Assembly: GCA_963924565.1 (NCBI GenBank)
Contig: OZ004608.1
Location: 7,068,001 to 7,132,000, forward strand
Direction of reading: 5' to 3'
From: Ascidiella aspersa
Taxonomy: Eukaryota
DNA length: 64,000 nt
The notes beneath the pieces were generated by a model. It saw nothing but the letters and a program-made list of their open reading frames with translations, was not told where the DNA came from and did no database searches. Both the position numbers and the translations under genes were made by a program. Below are positions 9,950 to 20,531 of this stretch, piece after piece (the stretch's first letter is position 1; the number at the start of each line of letters is the position of its first letter).

Positions 9950-12900
9950 ATGAATTGTGAGCAAGGTACGTTAATAGAGATGTATTTTTATTTTTAAATT
10001 AGTATCCATATTTTGTTTGCTTTATTGATCTGTTATTTGCTAGTAAAATAATGAAATTATAATATTGAATATAATAAAGTAATTTAAATCTCAGATAAAA
10101 AATGAACTTAAACAGTGTGAAGATTACTGCCGAGATCTAGACTTTTTTTTTGAAACAAGATTTAGTTATATTATAATATATGTTATAATAAAGTAATTTA
10201 AATCTCAGATAAAAAATAAACTTAAACAGTGTGAAGATTACTGCCCAGATCTAGACTTTTTTTTTTTGAAACAAGATTTAGTTATATTATAATATATATT
10301 TTAGGCTTACAAGATGATTTGTCACTGCAAAACAACGGTATTTATTTATTTATTTGTATTTGAAATATAATAGAAGTATTTGTTTTTTGTTTGTTTCTGA
10401 ATAGTGTGAAGTTTTCAGAGATTACGTTAGGTGATATGGTGTGAAGGAAAATCACTTACCGAATGCTAAGCTAAATTATATGCGTTGTGATAGGATTCTT
10501 ACATTTATGTATTTGTTTTTTAGCTGACTATCTTGTACATCAATCATGGTTTATTGAGGAAATGAATAAACCCTTTTTGGTGGAAATTTGTGGTTAGTTT
10601 TGTAACCGGTATTTTTTTAGGTGAAAAAAAAAAAACTAAAATTTATTGTCCATCAGAAACTCCAGAAAAGCAATTACCACAGGAAAATGAAATCTTTTAT
10701 GACCCTAAACCATTATCACTTTTGGATTTTACTAAGCAAGATAAAGTTCCTAAAAATATTGATCAAGTTTTGGATTTTGCAGGTGTGTTTATGTACGTAA
10801 TGGCTTAGTGACTAATCTATTATGAGTTTTTCTTGCTTTGTATTTCAGTTAAAATTGGAACCAATAATGCAGAGAAGGAAACTAAACCTGAAACGAAAAA
10901 TGTGGAGAAGGAGAGTATATCTAAACTTGTAACAAAAAATATTAAGAAGGAGACTATACCTAAACAGATGCCTCTCATCATAGATCTCACTAACCAAGTT
11001 AAACTTCCAGACAATATTGATCAAGTTTTGGATTTTGCAGGTGTGTTTATGTACTTAATGGCTTAGTGACTAATCTATTATGAGTTTTTCTTGCTTTGTA
11101 TTTCAGTTAAAATTGGAACCAATAATGCAGAGAAGGAAAGTAAACCTGAACTTAAAACCAAAAATGTAGAAAAGAAAAATATACCTGCAGGTGTTTATAT
11201 TTAGGATAGTTCTATTGATTTTATAGCTTTGCTTTTGAATATTTATAAACATACATATTTAAATGAGATATTTGTGATTTAACTGTTAAAAAGTTGTTTG
11301 CTTGTATGTTTCAGATAAAGTCAAAGACAAAACTCATCTCATTATTGACAAAACAAATCAAAATAAATGTAGACTTTGTAAAAGTTATTTTGAGAGCAAA
11401 GCCATGTTACAGAAACATCATATTTCAAACCACCCAAAGCTTCAGTGTAAACTTTGTAATTACTGGTAAGACAATTTTGTATTCTTATATATTATTAATT
11501 TTTTTTGGGTTTAATTATTCACAACTCAAATTAAAATTGATTTTTTTTTTTCATGATAGCTTTTCATCTGCGTACCGAAAAAGACAGCACAGTGATAAAG
11601 CATGTGAACAACGGAGAAAAAGGTTTTGTTCTAAGGAAACTATGAACATCTCTGATTTATCTCCTCAAAAAGGCCAAGGGTTGAAAGAAAATTTAATCGT
11701 TCAGGATAAAATTGAAAAACCAACAAAACCTAAAAAACTGTAAGCTTATCGTTTTTTATTTTTAGTTATCGAAACATTATTCTATTTAAATGTTTTTTTT
11801 TTTTTTTGTTTTTTTTTTTTATTTGTCTCTGTATTTAGAATTTCTAAACGAAGTGATGACAAAAGAAAACGTAATCAAATTATAGATTCAAATTCATCAG
11901 ATAGCACAATTGATTTTCAAAAACATACAGCAATACCTTTTCACAAGAAAAAGTTAGTTTTTTTGTTTTTTTTTCAGTGTATATATGCATTTTTTATTGT
12001 AAACTCTTACATTATTCTATTTTGATGTCTTTTTATGTGTCTCTGAATTTAGAATTTCCAAATACAATGATGACAACAGAAAAAATATATCAAGCAAAAA
12101 ACGTAATCAAATTTTAGATTCAGACTCATCAGATAGTTCGAGCGATTTTCAAAAACTTTTAAAACCTTTTCATAAAAAAAAGTAAGCAATTTTTTTATGT
12201 AAGTCACACATCATGATTTTTTTTTTACCTAATAATATGTTTTTAGGAATTCGAATCGAATGATTAGCAGTGACAGTTCTGATTTTAACTCTCCTCAGAA
12301 AGGCCAAGGGTTGAAAAAAAAATTAAACGTTCCTGATGAAGTAACTCAAAGACCAAGAAAACTTCAAAAAATGTTAGTATATGTCATTTTTTATTGTTTA
12401 CACTTACACTATTCTATTTTAATGTTTTTTTTTTTATTTGTTTTTGAATTCAGAATTCCTAGACGGAGTCGTGACCAAAGAATAAAATTGTTAAACAGAA
12501 AACGTAAACTGTTGGATACTAGGTAAACCAATATTAATTAATCTTTAATATAATTTTTTTTTTTTTTTTTTATTTTAAAAAATATGTTTTGTTTTAGTGT
12601 TCGAAACAGATTTTCTGAAGATAGTGATATACTTTTCTCAACAATACCAAAGAAGAATCAAACGTAAGTCTAGGTGATAAATGATTTATATTAAATAGTA
12701 CCTTTCAATTAACATAATTCTATTTTGTAGTTCAATTCCAACTGAAGTGGCACACAGTTCAAACTATACACCAATGGATACAAATGACAAAGATGAAACT
12801 TCTACGTCTAAATTTTGTGACTTGCCACCAAAGAGAAAGAGATCGAAAAGGTGATTATCACTATATTATTTATTTCATTAAGAAATGTAATTTTTTGTAA

Positions 12901-15900
12901 GAAAAAATAACTATTCAATTTTTTTTTTTTTTTTTAGAATTACAAATCCTATATGTCCAGAAAACAGATCCGATATTGTTCAACAACATTGGGATAGTAT
13001 TTCTACTTCTACATCACTGAATACCATGATGTCAATTTTCAACTACCAATTACCACTTGAAAAATCTATTGACGATATCACAAAAGATATTTTAGAAGGT
13101 ATGTCTCCATCCAGCTTCAAGATAAATACAAGTTTTGGTTTTGTTATGAGTAACACAATGTCACTTGTGAACCAGTATTTCCATGCATCCCCAAACAATT
13201 TTACTTTCTATTTGATGCCACCTGTTGTTCGTTGTTTTGAAGATCTCAAAAATATATTGCAGTCAGTTCTAAATAGTGATGTTTTAGCTAAACTTTCATT
13301 GCACCGTGAAGATACAAAGTGGTATTTAACAGAACTCACAAATGTTACTTTTTTTACCTATCGTCTAAAGGAGTTTCCCTTAATCGGTTGTTCTGTTATT
13401 TGTTTACCCTCTTTCTTGAAGCGTAGAGGTATCCTTGGTTTTACAAGAAACCACTCTAGGAAACAGATTAATGACAACCTCTGTCTTTTTAGATGTTTGG
13501 CAAAAGGTTTAAAGTGTGATGATGCTAATCTTGAAAAAAAAACATTAGAATACTTCTCTCAGTACTATCCTGAACAAAATGTAGACTCATTTCCAGGTGT
13601 ATCTTTTAATGAAATTTCAAATATTGAACAGTTTTTCAAAGTTCGAATTACTGTGTTCTCAGTCGAAAAAGTTAACGAAGAAATTATTTGGAAAGTAAAA
13701 CGTAGATCTTATGTTCCCAAATCAAATGCAAATTTTATATCTTTTGATGTAGTACAATATGAGAATCACTTTTGTTTTGTTCAATCTATTGAAAGCATCA
13801 CCCATAACTTTGCATGTCAATTTTGCAACAACATGTTTAAAAAACCTTATCTTGTTCTAAAACATGAATCATCATGTGAAATCGGTGTCAAACAAACCTT
13901 TCCTGGAAAAATATTTCGAGTTAACCCTAATATATACCTTGAGCTAGAGCAAAATGGAATTTTAATTGCCAAACAATTGCAATATCATCCATTTTTCATT
14001 ATTTTTGATTTTGAGGCTTTCTTTCCAAAAAATGTCAGCAGTCTTCCAACAAACACAGGAAAAACAACTTTTACACAATGTTACCAACTTTTAAGTGTTG
14101 CAATAACATCAAATGTTCCAGGTTTTGATAAACCTGTGTGTCTAATTTCAAATGGAAACTCTCACCAATTAATTTGCAATATGTTGCATTATTTTTTTGC
14201 AATTCAAAATAAATCTGAAAATTTGATGCTCGACAAATATAGTCATGTACTTGACGAATTAAATTGCAAGATTGATGAAGCCAAATCTAACGAACCTGAT
14301 TTCAAAATGAAAAACCACCCTTTGGTTAAATTAAAAGCAAAATTTTCAGCTTTTATAAAGGCAATACCAGTGTTAACATTTAATGGATCAAGATACGACA
14401 TTCCATTATGTTTAAAATGGCTAATTCCACTATTGCAACAATTTGATCCGATTCTTTTTTGCATTAAGAAACAGAATTCCTATCTTTGCCTTCAAACAGC
14501 CAAATTTCGTTTCTTAGATCTATGTAACTTTATATCACCAGGATATAATCTTCGAAGTTTGCTTCTTGCATTTAACACTGAACAGCAAAAACTATTTTTT
14601 CCTTACGAATATGTTGACAATTTAGATAAATTACAAGACAGGTGTCTTCCACCAAGAGAGGCATTTCGAAGCAGTCTCACAAAAGAAACTATTTCAGAAG
14701 ATGACTACGATGAATGCTGTAAGTTATGGAAAACTCAAGGTATGAAAACTTTTAGGGATTATCTTATTGCTTACAATCTACATGACGTTGAACCACTTAA
14801 ACAGGTTGTTATTAAGTTAATTTCAATCTATCACTCACTGAACATCAATTTTTTGTGTGATGGGGTGTCAACCCCTGGTTTATCACAACGACTTATGTTT
14901 CAATTTGTTCCACCAGATATCTATTTCTCTTTGTTTCCAAACAAGCATGCTCACATTAATAAATTGTTTCGCGACCAAATTGTTGGAGGTCCATCAATTG
15001 TTTTTACACGTTGGCATGCAGCAGGGGAATCTGTTATACGGGGAGATGTCTATGGTGCTACTGCAAAAACATGTCAAAGTGTTATAGGGTATGATGCAAA
15101 TTCCCTTTATTTGTCAGCTTTAATGGGTGATATGCCAACTGGAAATTACATTCTTCTCGAGCGAAAAGAAAATGATAAGTTTAAATTTGAAAGGTCTCAA
15201 ACAACTGGATATCTTGCTTTACAGTGGATGACATTTTATGCAATGCAAAATGATATATCATACATTCAACATCAATTTAATGGTGGAGAAAAGCAAATTG
15301 GTTCTCGTAATATTAAAGTAGATGGGTATATAGCAGATCAAAAAATTGTACTTTCGTTTTTGGGTTGCTTTTTTCATTGCTGTCCTAAATGTAATATCAC
15401 GAAAACCTTTAAGGATCGTGACTTTGAAAAAGTTAGGGAAAAAGACAAAGATATTGCAGCCTATATTCGAAGTTTTGGTTATACTCTTATTGAAATGCGT
15501 GAATGTACTTGGGCTTTTCAATGTAAGACTGATCCACTTGCCATCAGATTTGTGTCACACTATCTATTGACATCACTCCAGCCCCCAAAACCACTCACAC
15601 AAGAAAATATTCTTCGTGGGTTCCAAAATGGAGAGTTGTTTGGTTTTGCTTTGGTGGATATTTTTGTCCCACCTGGTCTAAGAGGTAAATTTAAAGAGTT
15701 CCCCCCAATTTTTAAGAATGCAGCCATTTCACGTGATGATATTGGAGATAACATGAAGCAATATGCAATTGATAATGATCTATTATCCTATCCCACTCGA
15801 TATCTTATAAGCAGTTATAAGGGTGATAAAATCCTCTTAGCTTCCCCTCTTCTTGCATGGTATATGACAAATGGATTGGTGGTCACATTTGTTCACAAAG

Positions 15901-16058
15901 TTATACTCTATGAACCCAAACAATGTTTCAAAACATTTTGTGATAAAGTAACGACTGAGCGACGGAAAGGTGATCTTCATCCAGACTCCCAAATATTAGC
16001 AGATTTATGGAAATTACAGGTAAAACCTCAAAAAAGTATTAGTTGTTTGATATTACTT

Positions 16059-16099
<41 letters not shown>

Positions 16100-16995
16100 T
16101 TAAATAGATTTGTAACTCAATACTATAAGGGAAATTACTACTAATATTAATGAAAATCTTTAATTTGTTTTTTCAGGGTAACTCTGCATACGGAAGGACA
16201 TTGCTTAATAAAGAAAAACAGGAAAATGTTACTTTTTTAAGTGAGGAAAAAACCACCAAAGCTATGAACTCCAAACATTTTCGCAATGCTACACAATTGA
16301 GTGACAACGTGTATGAAGTACACAGTAGAAAACGTTCAATCGTACACAATGTTCCTATACAGATAGGTTCAATGATTTTACAGCTCGCTAAACTTCGTAT
16401 GCTAAGGTTTTACTATGATTGTCTTAACAAATATATTTCGCCGCAAAACTTTGAACTTGTTCAAATGGACACTGATTCATTATATTTTGCACTTTCTGAC
16501 AAAAATTTGGATAATGTAATTATTCCTGAAAAACGTGCAGAATTTTATGGTGAATATGACACATGGTTTCCTTCTATTGCTTGCCCATTGCATTTTAATG
16601 AATTTGTCGCTACCAAAACTGCTAATCTCCCCTTTAATGCTTCTCGTGCATGCTGTCTTACACATTTTAAACATGAAAGTCGGACCCCTGGTTTGTTTAA
16701 AGTAGAGTATTCTGGCAAAGCCATTGTAGCTCTGAACTCAAAAACATACTTTTGCCATGGTGAAAAAACTAAACAAACATCAAAAGGATTGATTAAGAAG
16801 CAAAACAAATATTGCATTGACGATTATTTTAAGGTTCTATCAGAAAAAATAAATGTTTGTGGAGAAAATCGTGGATTTCGTTACGTAAATCAAAAGATAT
16901 ATAGCTATCAACAATTTCGACAAGGCTTGAATTATTTTTATCCTAAACGAAAAATTCATTCTGATGGTATAAACTCAAGCCCATTAGATATTTAA
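9950..16995 (+). CDS. polB: Spliced protein-primed family B DNA polymerase (pPolB) with long N-terminal extension; predicted 16 exons, ~1791 aa
   Basis: Predicted exons: 9950-9965, 10305-10337, 10524-10592, 10657-10782, 10849-11040, 11107-11190, 11315-11465, 11560-11739, 11839-11952, 12053-12181, 12247-12372, 12454-12522, 12598-12663, 12731-12850, 12938-16019, 16177-16995. All introns are GT-AG and phases are consistent. The first three exons are the least certain. Confidence 0.75.
10071..10297 (+). repeat. ~115-bp tandem duplication inside the predicted first pPolB intron
   Basis: ataataaagtaatttaaatctcagataaaaaat...caagatttagttatattataatata occurs at 10071 and 10186. Confidence 0.9.
12938..16019 (+). 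CDS. polB: pPolB main exon (terminal-protein region, vOTU-like protease, zinc finger, 3'-5' exonuclease, palm motif A, Vsr-like insert)
   Basis: ExoI IFDFEA, ExoII FNGSRYD, ExoIII YNLHD, motif A YDANSLY; ends WKLQ at donor CAG|GTAAAA. Confidence 0.95.
16177..16995 (+). CDS. polB: pPolB last exon (rest of motif B, motif C, thumb)
   Basis: Acceptor ttttttcag|GGT gives GNSAYG (completing KLQGNSAYG); motif C MDTDSL; RTPGLFKVE; KTYF and SKG; stop at 16995. Confidence 0.95.
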   Translation, partial: GNSAYGRTLLNKEKQENVTFLSEEKTTKAMNSKHFRNATQLSDNVYEVHSRKRSIVHNVPIQIGSMILQLAKLRMLRFYYDCLNKYISPQNFELVQMDTDSLYFALSDKNLDNVIIPEKRAEFYGEYDTWFPSIACPLHFNEFVATKTANLPFNASRACCLTHFKHESRTPGLFKVEYSGKAIVALNSKTYFCHGEKTKQTSKGLIKKQNKYCIDDYFKVLSEKINVCGENRGFRYVNQKIYSYQQFRQGLNYFYPKRKIHSDGINSSPLDI

Positions 16996-17413
16996 AAAGC
17001 ATATACTTTGTTGTACTTCTGTAGTAATTGTGAATTTTTAATGAAACTGTTTTGTTATGTATTACTAAATCGCTTTATAACCAGAAAAAAGAAAACAGTG
17101 AAAACATGTAATTGTGATGACATTGATGGGAAAAGTCTTATTTTATGTTGTTGTTTTTTTGTTTACTTCTTACATAAAGAATCACAGATTAAAAGAATTT
17201 ATAAAATGAATATGGTTGTTTGTATGTTTTAAGGTTCTTTTCAAGTTATTCAATCTTAGGAAGAGTATATGGAATGTTGATGTTATTTTAAACTAAATTT
17301 ACAATTATGTGAGGCGTTAGCAGCTGACTGAAAGGGAGATTCCCCAAATCATTGAAGTGTAACAAAAAAAATGACCAAATTGTTCATCCATATTATTTTA
17401 ATCTGATTAGTTT

Positions 17414-17884
17414 TTACAGAAACGATTCGGTTACATAGTTATACACAAACTCATCATTGGCTTCCAAATCAGAATTAAAAATATTTACAATGTCTGGCAT
17501 AGCAATACCACGACTACGAACTAAAATAAAAAAACAACTATAGAATCCACAGAATGTTGACGTTAACTCTTGTAAAGTTTTTGTGTTGTAACGAAAAATG
17601 TAGGATGATCGCGAAACAAAACGTGATATATCATTTCCAATTGGATAACAACCGAATGAGTCAAAGTAATCACACTCTCCATTAGAATTGAAATAGACCG
17701 CCACCCAGTGACTTCCATGTTTTTCGGACGAATCCAAATTAATTACATACGATTGAGAAGTTTTGCTTTTTTTAATTGAATAAGTGTTCAGTCTTCGTAG
17801 TTCATCACTTGCAAAAACACCACGAAATGTCTGATTTGCTATTGGATCATTTTGAATAACATTACGAATTTCAATACTATTCAT
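17414..17884 (-). CDS. Adenain-like maturation cysteine protease
   Basis: VINLD..GSHWVAVY (His), YFDSFG (Asp), LQ...FCG (Gln, Cys): the adenovirus/Polinton protease catalytic signature. Confidence 0.93.
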   Translation of the reverse strand: MNSIEIRNVIQNDPIANQTFRGVFASDELRRLNTYSIKKSKTSQSYVINLDSSEKHGSHWVAVYFNSNGECDYFDSFGCYPIGNDISRFVSRSSYIFRYNTKTLQELTSTFCGFYSCFFILVRSRGIAMPDIVNIFNSDLEANDEFVYNYVTESFL

Positions 17885-17886
17885 AT

Positions 17887-19185
17887 TTATGAGTTAAAAT
17901 CAAATGAAACACTCCTTGACCTATCAATTTCTAATAAAGAGTCAAATTCAGTAAACACCACAATATTAACAGAATTTGGAAGAGCAGTTCCAAACTTACA
18001 CTCTAAACGAATAGTTCCGTGTCTTATCAAATCAGTGTGAGAAGAATCACAAGAATTTGGAGTTAAATCAAAGGCATACAATGTACATCCATCAATAAAT
18101 TCTGACTTTGATAAATTGTGTCCACCATTTCGAAAAAAATTTCCTGTTGCTAAAAACAACGCAAAATAAGAACGAGCTGTGTTTTGACGAGAAAAGTTAG
18201 GTTGATAAGCTTTGGAAGGAATTTGTTTTCCGTCTTGGTAGAGAGCGAGAAAATTTAGGTTATAATTTTTAAAATAAAAAGGATTTTTATCCAATTGACC
18301 ATTAAAAGCAGCGTTGTCTACTAAACCAATAATAACTCGTTTAGGGATTTGACCAGAAATAATATTTTTCACTACAGTAAGATCACCACTAGGAATCGAA
18401 AAAACTTTTACATCCACACGAGAAATAGGATATTTAACTGTTCCACGTTCAAGGGCTTTCAAGTGGCCCATTAGAACAGGTGGAGAAGGTCTTATCTTGC
18501 GTGCAAATAAGGCTACACTTTTAAGATTGACTTTGAATTCTCCATTGTTTGCAGACATAAGAGAAAATGTATCTTTACTTCTTGTAAGTCGTACCTTAAC
18601 GTCCACTCCATCGATTAAATAGCGAGGTTGAAAACCCATGTCAAAGTGAATCTTTCCCAGCATCTCAACTATTCGACTGTTACGAGCCAAAAATTTTCTA
18701 TCACGAAAACCTTGATTGGCATTCGTAAGTGTATCATACTGTTCAGCAACGTCCTTTTTCCACAATGCAGACGTAAGGTGAGTCTTTTTCGCATCGCTAC
18801 CAAAGTTAAGTAATGCTTCCAGGTAAGCTCGGTATGGGTAAGTATTGTTTGAAGCAGTTATCATTTTGTTGTTAAACGATACATCAACTTGACTCCATAA
18901 GGAATGAAGCCAATAGTTAACTGGTGCTACAACTGCATCTTCTGCTAACTCTGTCCCGTCGGCATTCACAACACGTGCACAACAGTACAATTGAACACTA
19001 GAGAGATCAAGGTAATCACTAGTTCCAGCTAAATCGAATTCAATCGTTCCACTATCAGTCAACGTTGAAATCGGTAAATACTCGACAGAATATGAGTCTT
19101 CCACGCTAATTTGAGTTGGTTTAACTGCAAACAGATCCAACTCCTCCATTAGACAATGACAGGAGCGATCGTCTTTAAGTGCCAT
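17887..19185 (-). CDS. Major capsid protein (double jelly-roll, Polinton PY/hexon-like)
   Basis: SCHCLMEELDLF...PTQ, YPYRAYLEALLN, NPFYFKNYNL and LYAFDLTP motifs typical of Polinton MCPs; ATG at 19185 with TATA and CCAAT upstream. Confidence 0.92.
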   Translation of the reverse strand: MALKDDRSCHCLMEELDLFAVKPTQISVEDSYSVEYLPISTLTDSGTIEFDLAGTSDYLDLSSVQLYCCARVVNADGTELAEDAVVAPVNYWLHSLWSQVDVSFNNKMITASNNTYPYRAYLEALLNFGSDAKKTHLTSALWKKDVAEQYDTLTNANQGFRDRKFLARNSRIVEMLGKIHFDMGFQPRYLIDGVDVKVRLTRSKDTFSLMSANNGEFKVNLKSVALFARKIRPSPPVLMGHLKALERGTVKYPISRVDVKVFSIPSGDLTVVKNIISGQIPKRVIIGLVDNAAFNGQLDKNPFYFKNYNLNFLALYQDGKQIPSKAYQPNFSRQNTARSYFALFLATGNFFRNGGHNLSKSEFIDGCTLYAFDLTPNSCDSSHTDLIRHGTIRLECKFGTALPNSVNIVVFTEFDSLLEIDRSRSVSFDFNS

Positions 19186-19223
19186 GATTAAGTGAGCCAA
19201 TAATAATATTTGACTTGTGTTGT

Positions 19224-19268
19224 CTTATATATGTCTTCTCAATCAATGCAAAAAATAAAAACACCAAT
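19224..19268 (-). promoter_or_regulatory. Putative MCP promoter (inverted CCAAT + TATATAA)
   Basis: Minus-strand ATTGG at 19264-19268 and TATATAA at ~19224-19231, about 40 bp before the MCP ATG, in the only sizeable intergenic gap of the block. Confidence 0.5.
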
Positions 19269-19338
19269 CAGAAACAAATACGGTAGCTCAACCAGTTAAC
19301 TATCCTCAAAAATAGAACAAACAATTCAGTAATCGACA

Positions 19339-19743
19339 TTACTGGAATATATCAGATTTTTTTGTTTTTTTATTTTTTCGTTTATTCTTTTTTCTTTTCT
19401 TTGCAGCAGGTTCGCCTGGCGGATGTGAACCTTTTCGTTTCTTTTGAGAAAAGAATGAGTTGGTTAACTCTCGTGTTCTTTTTATAGCAGAGTTTCTAGG
19501 ATTTTGTCCTTGCATTACATCGGAAGCAAAATCAATTCCAGATTTTAAAACTTGTTTTCCAACTGATTTTGCACCAGAACGAATTATCGGTAAAATAGAA
19601 CGCCCAATTGTTGAAAAAATAGACCCTAAACCATACCCTCTTTGCAATCCCCCAGAATAAATTGGAAAACCACTCCCTACTTGTGAAAGATAATATTTTT
19701 CATACTCTTTAACATCCTGTTGACAACAGTAGGGTTGCTTCAT
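19339..19743 (-). CDS. Conserved Polinton core-like virion protein with QxGxG motifs and basic tail
   Basis: YYLSQVGSG...QRGYGLGSIFSTIGRSILPII amphipathic segment; KKRKKNKRKNKKTKK tail; lies between penton and MCP. Confidence 0.8.
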   Translation of the reverse strand: MKQPYCCQQDVKEYEKYYLSQVGSGFPIYSGGLQRGYGLGSIFSTIGRSILPIIRSGAKSVGKQVLKSGIDFASDVMQGQNPRNSAIKRTRELTNSFFSQKKRKGSHPPGEPAAKKRKKNKRKNKKTKKSDIFQ

Positions 19744-20531
19744 GCTAAATCGAAGAGACGTTGTCGTTTTCGAAACTTAAGGGTAACGGTAACAAGCCCC
19801 GAAACAAATGGTATGACATTGCCAAACACATCTCTTATAAGTATTTCGATAGAAGAAAATGAGTTTCGTTGAAGACGATGATATATTGGAAAAGGAAAAC
19901 GATGGTAAATCATTTCACCACGTTTCGTAGTAATTGGAATGGTCTCGAATAATGGGACTTCACAATCGCCCACGATACGTGGTTCAATAATATCCGAATA
20001 AACATACAATTCATTAACTCCACGGCGAATATCTGTTGCTACATCCCCACTATATCGCCTTCCTCCATTAAAAGTTGTTTGTTGAAAACCTAACATTGAA
20101 GCAAGTTTAACAGATAAATTTACACGACTACCATCTGGTGAAACCTTTAACTCAGTTTTTCGCGTAAGAGAATTAAACTTAAAACGGAGACGAACCCTTG
20201 AATCAAAGATTTCTGGAGAGTTAGTTAATATTTGTAAGTCTGCGTCTTCAATCAGCTTATTAAGGTATTCCATGAATTCCGTTTCATTTTCGTAGTGTCC
20301 ACCTGGGAGGAATAATTTTTCCTCCTCACCATTTGATATTGAAGTACGAGAGAGAAAAACCTCTTTATCCATAACAGTAAACCAGGAGTGTGGGGCTTGA
20401 AATTCAATCAAACCAACCTCCCATAATCCATTAAGAGTTATTGTTCTTGGGAGTTTCGTTACGTAACTGGTTAACGTATTTTTTGGATAATATTTCAATG
20501 AGCTGTTTGACGGAAGCGTGATATGAAACAT
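19740..20531 (-). CDS. Minor capsid protein (penton, single jelly-roll)
   Basis: FHITLPSNSS...NT...KLP...WEVGL N-terminus; LYVYSDII..RIVGD; SIEILIRD..GNVIPF..G.VTVTLKF C-terminus. Confidence 0.88.
   Translation of the reverse strand: MFHITLPSNSSLKYYPKNTLTSYVTKLPRTITLNGLWEVGLIEFQAPHSWFTVMDKEVFLSRTSISNGEEEKLFLPGGHYENETEFMEYLNKLIEDADLQILTNSPEIFDSRVRLRFKFNSLTRKTELKVSPDGSRVNLSVKLASMLGFQQTTFNGGRRYSGDVATDIRRGVNELYVYSDIIEPRIVGDCEVPLFETIPITTKRGEMIYHRFPFPIYHRLQRNSFSSIEILIRDVFGNVIPFVSGLVTVTLKFRKRQRLFDLA

Noticed and set aside
10405-10440. Additional pPolB micro-exon
   Set aside because: The acceptor at 10404 gives an immediate stop; a 12-bp exon from the nearby ttttcag is possible but unsupported.
13026-16995. 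pPolB as a pseudogene broken into two ORFs with a poly-Phe tail
   Set aside because: The poly-T lies in a GT-AG intron whose removal restores KLQGNSAYG.
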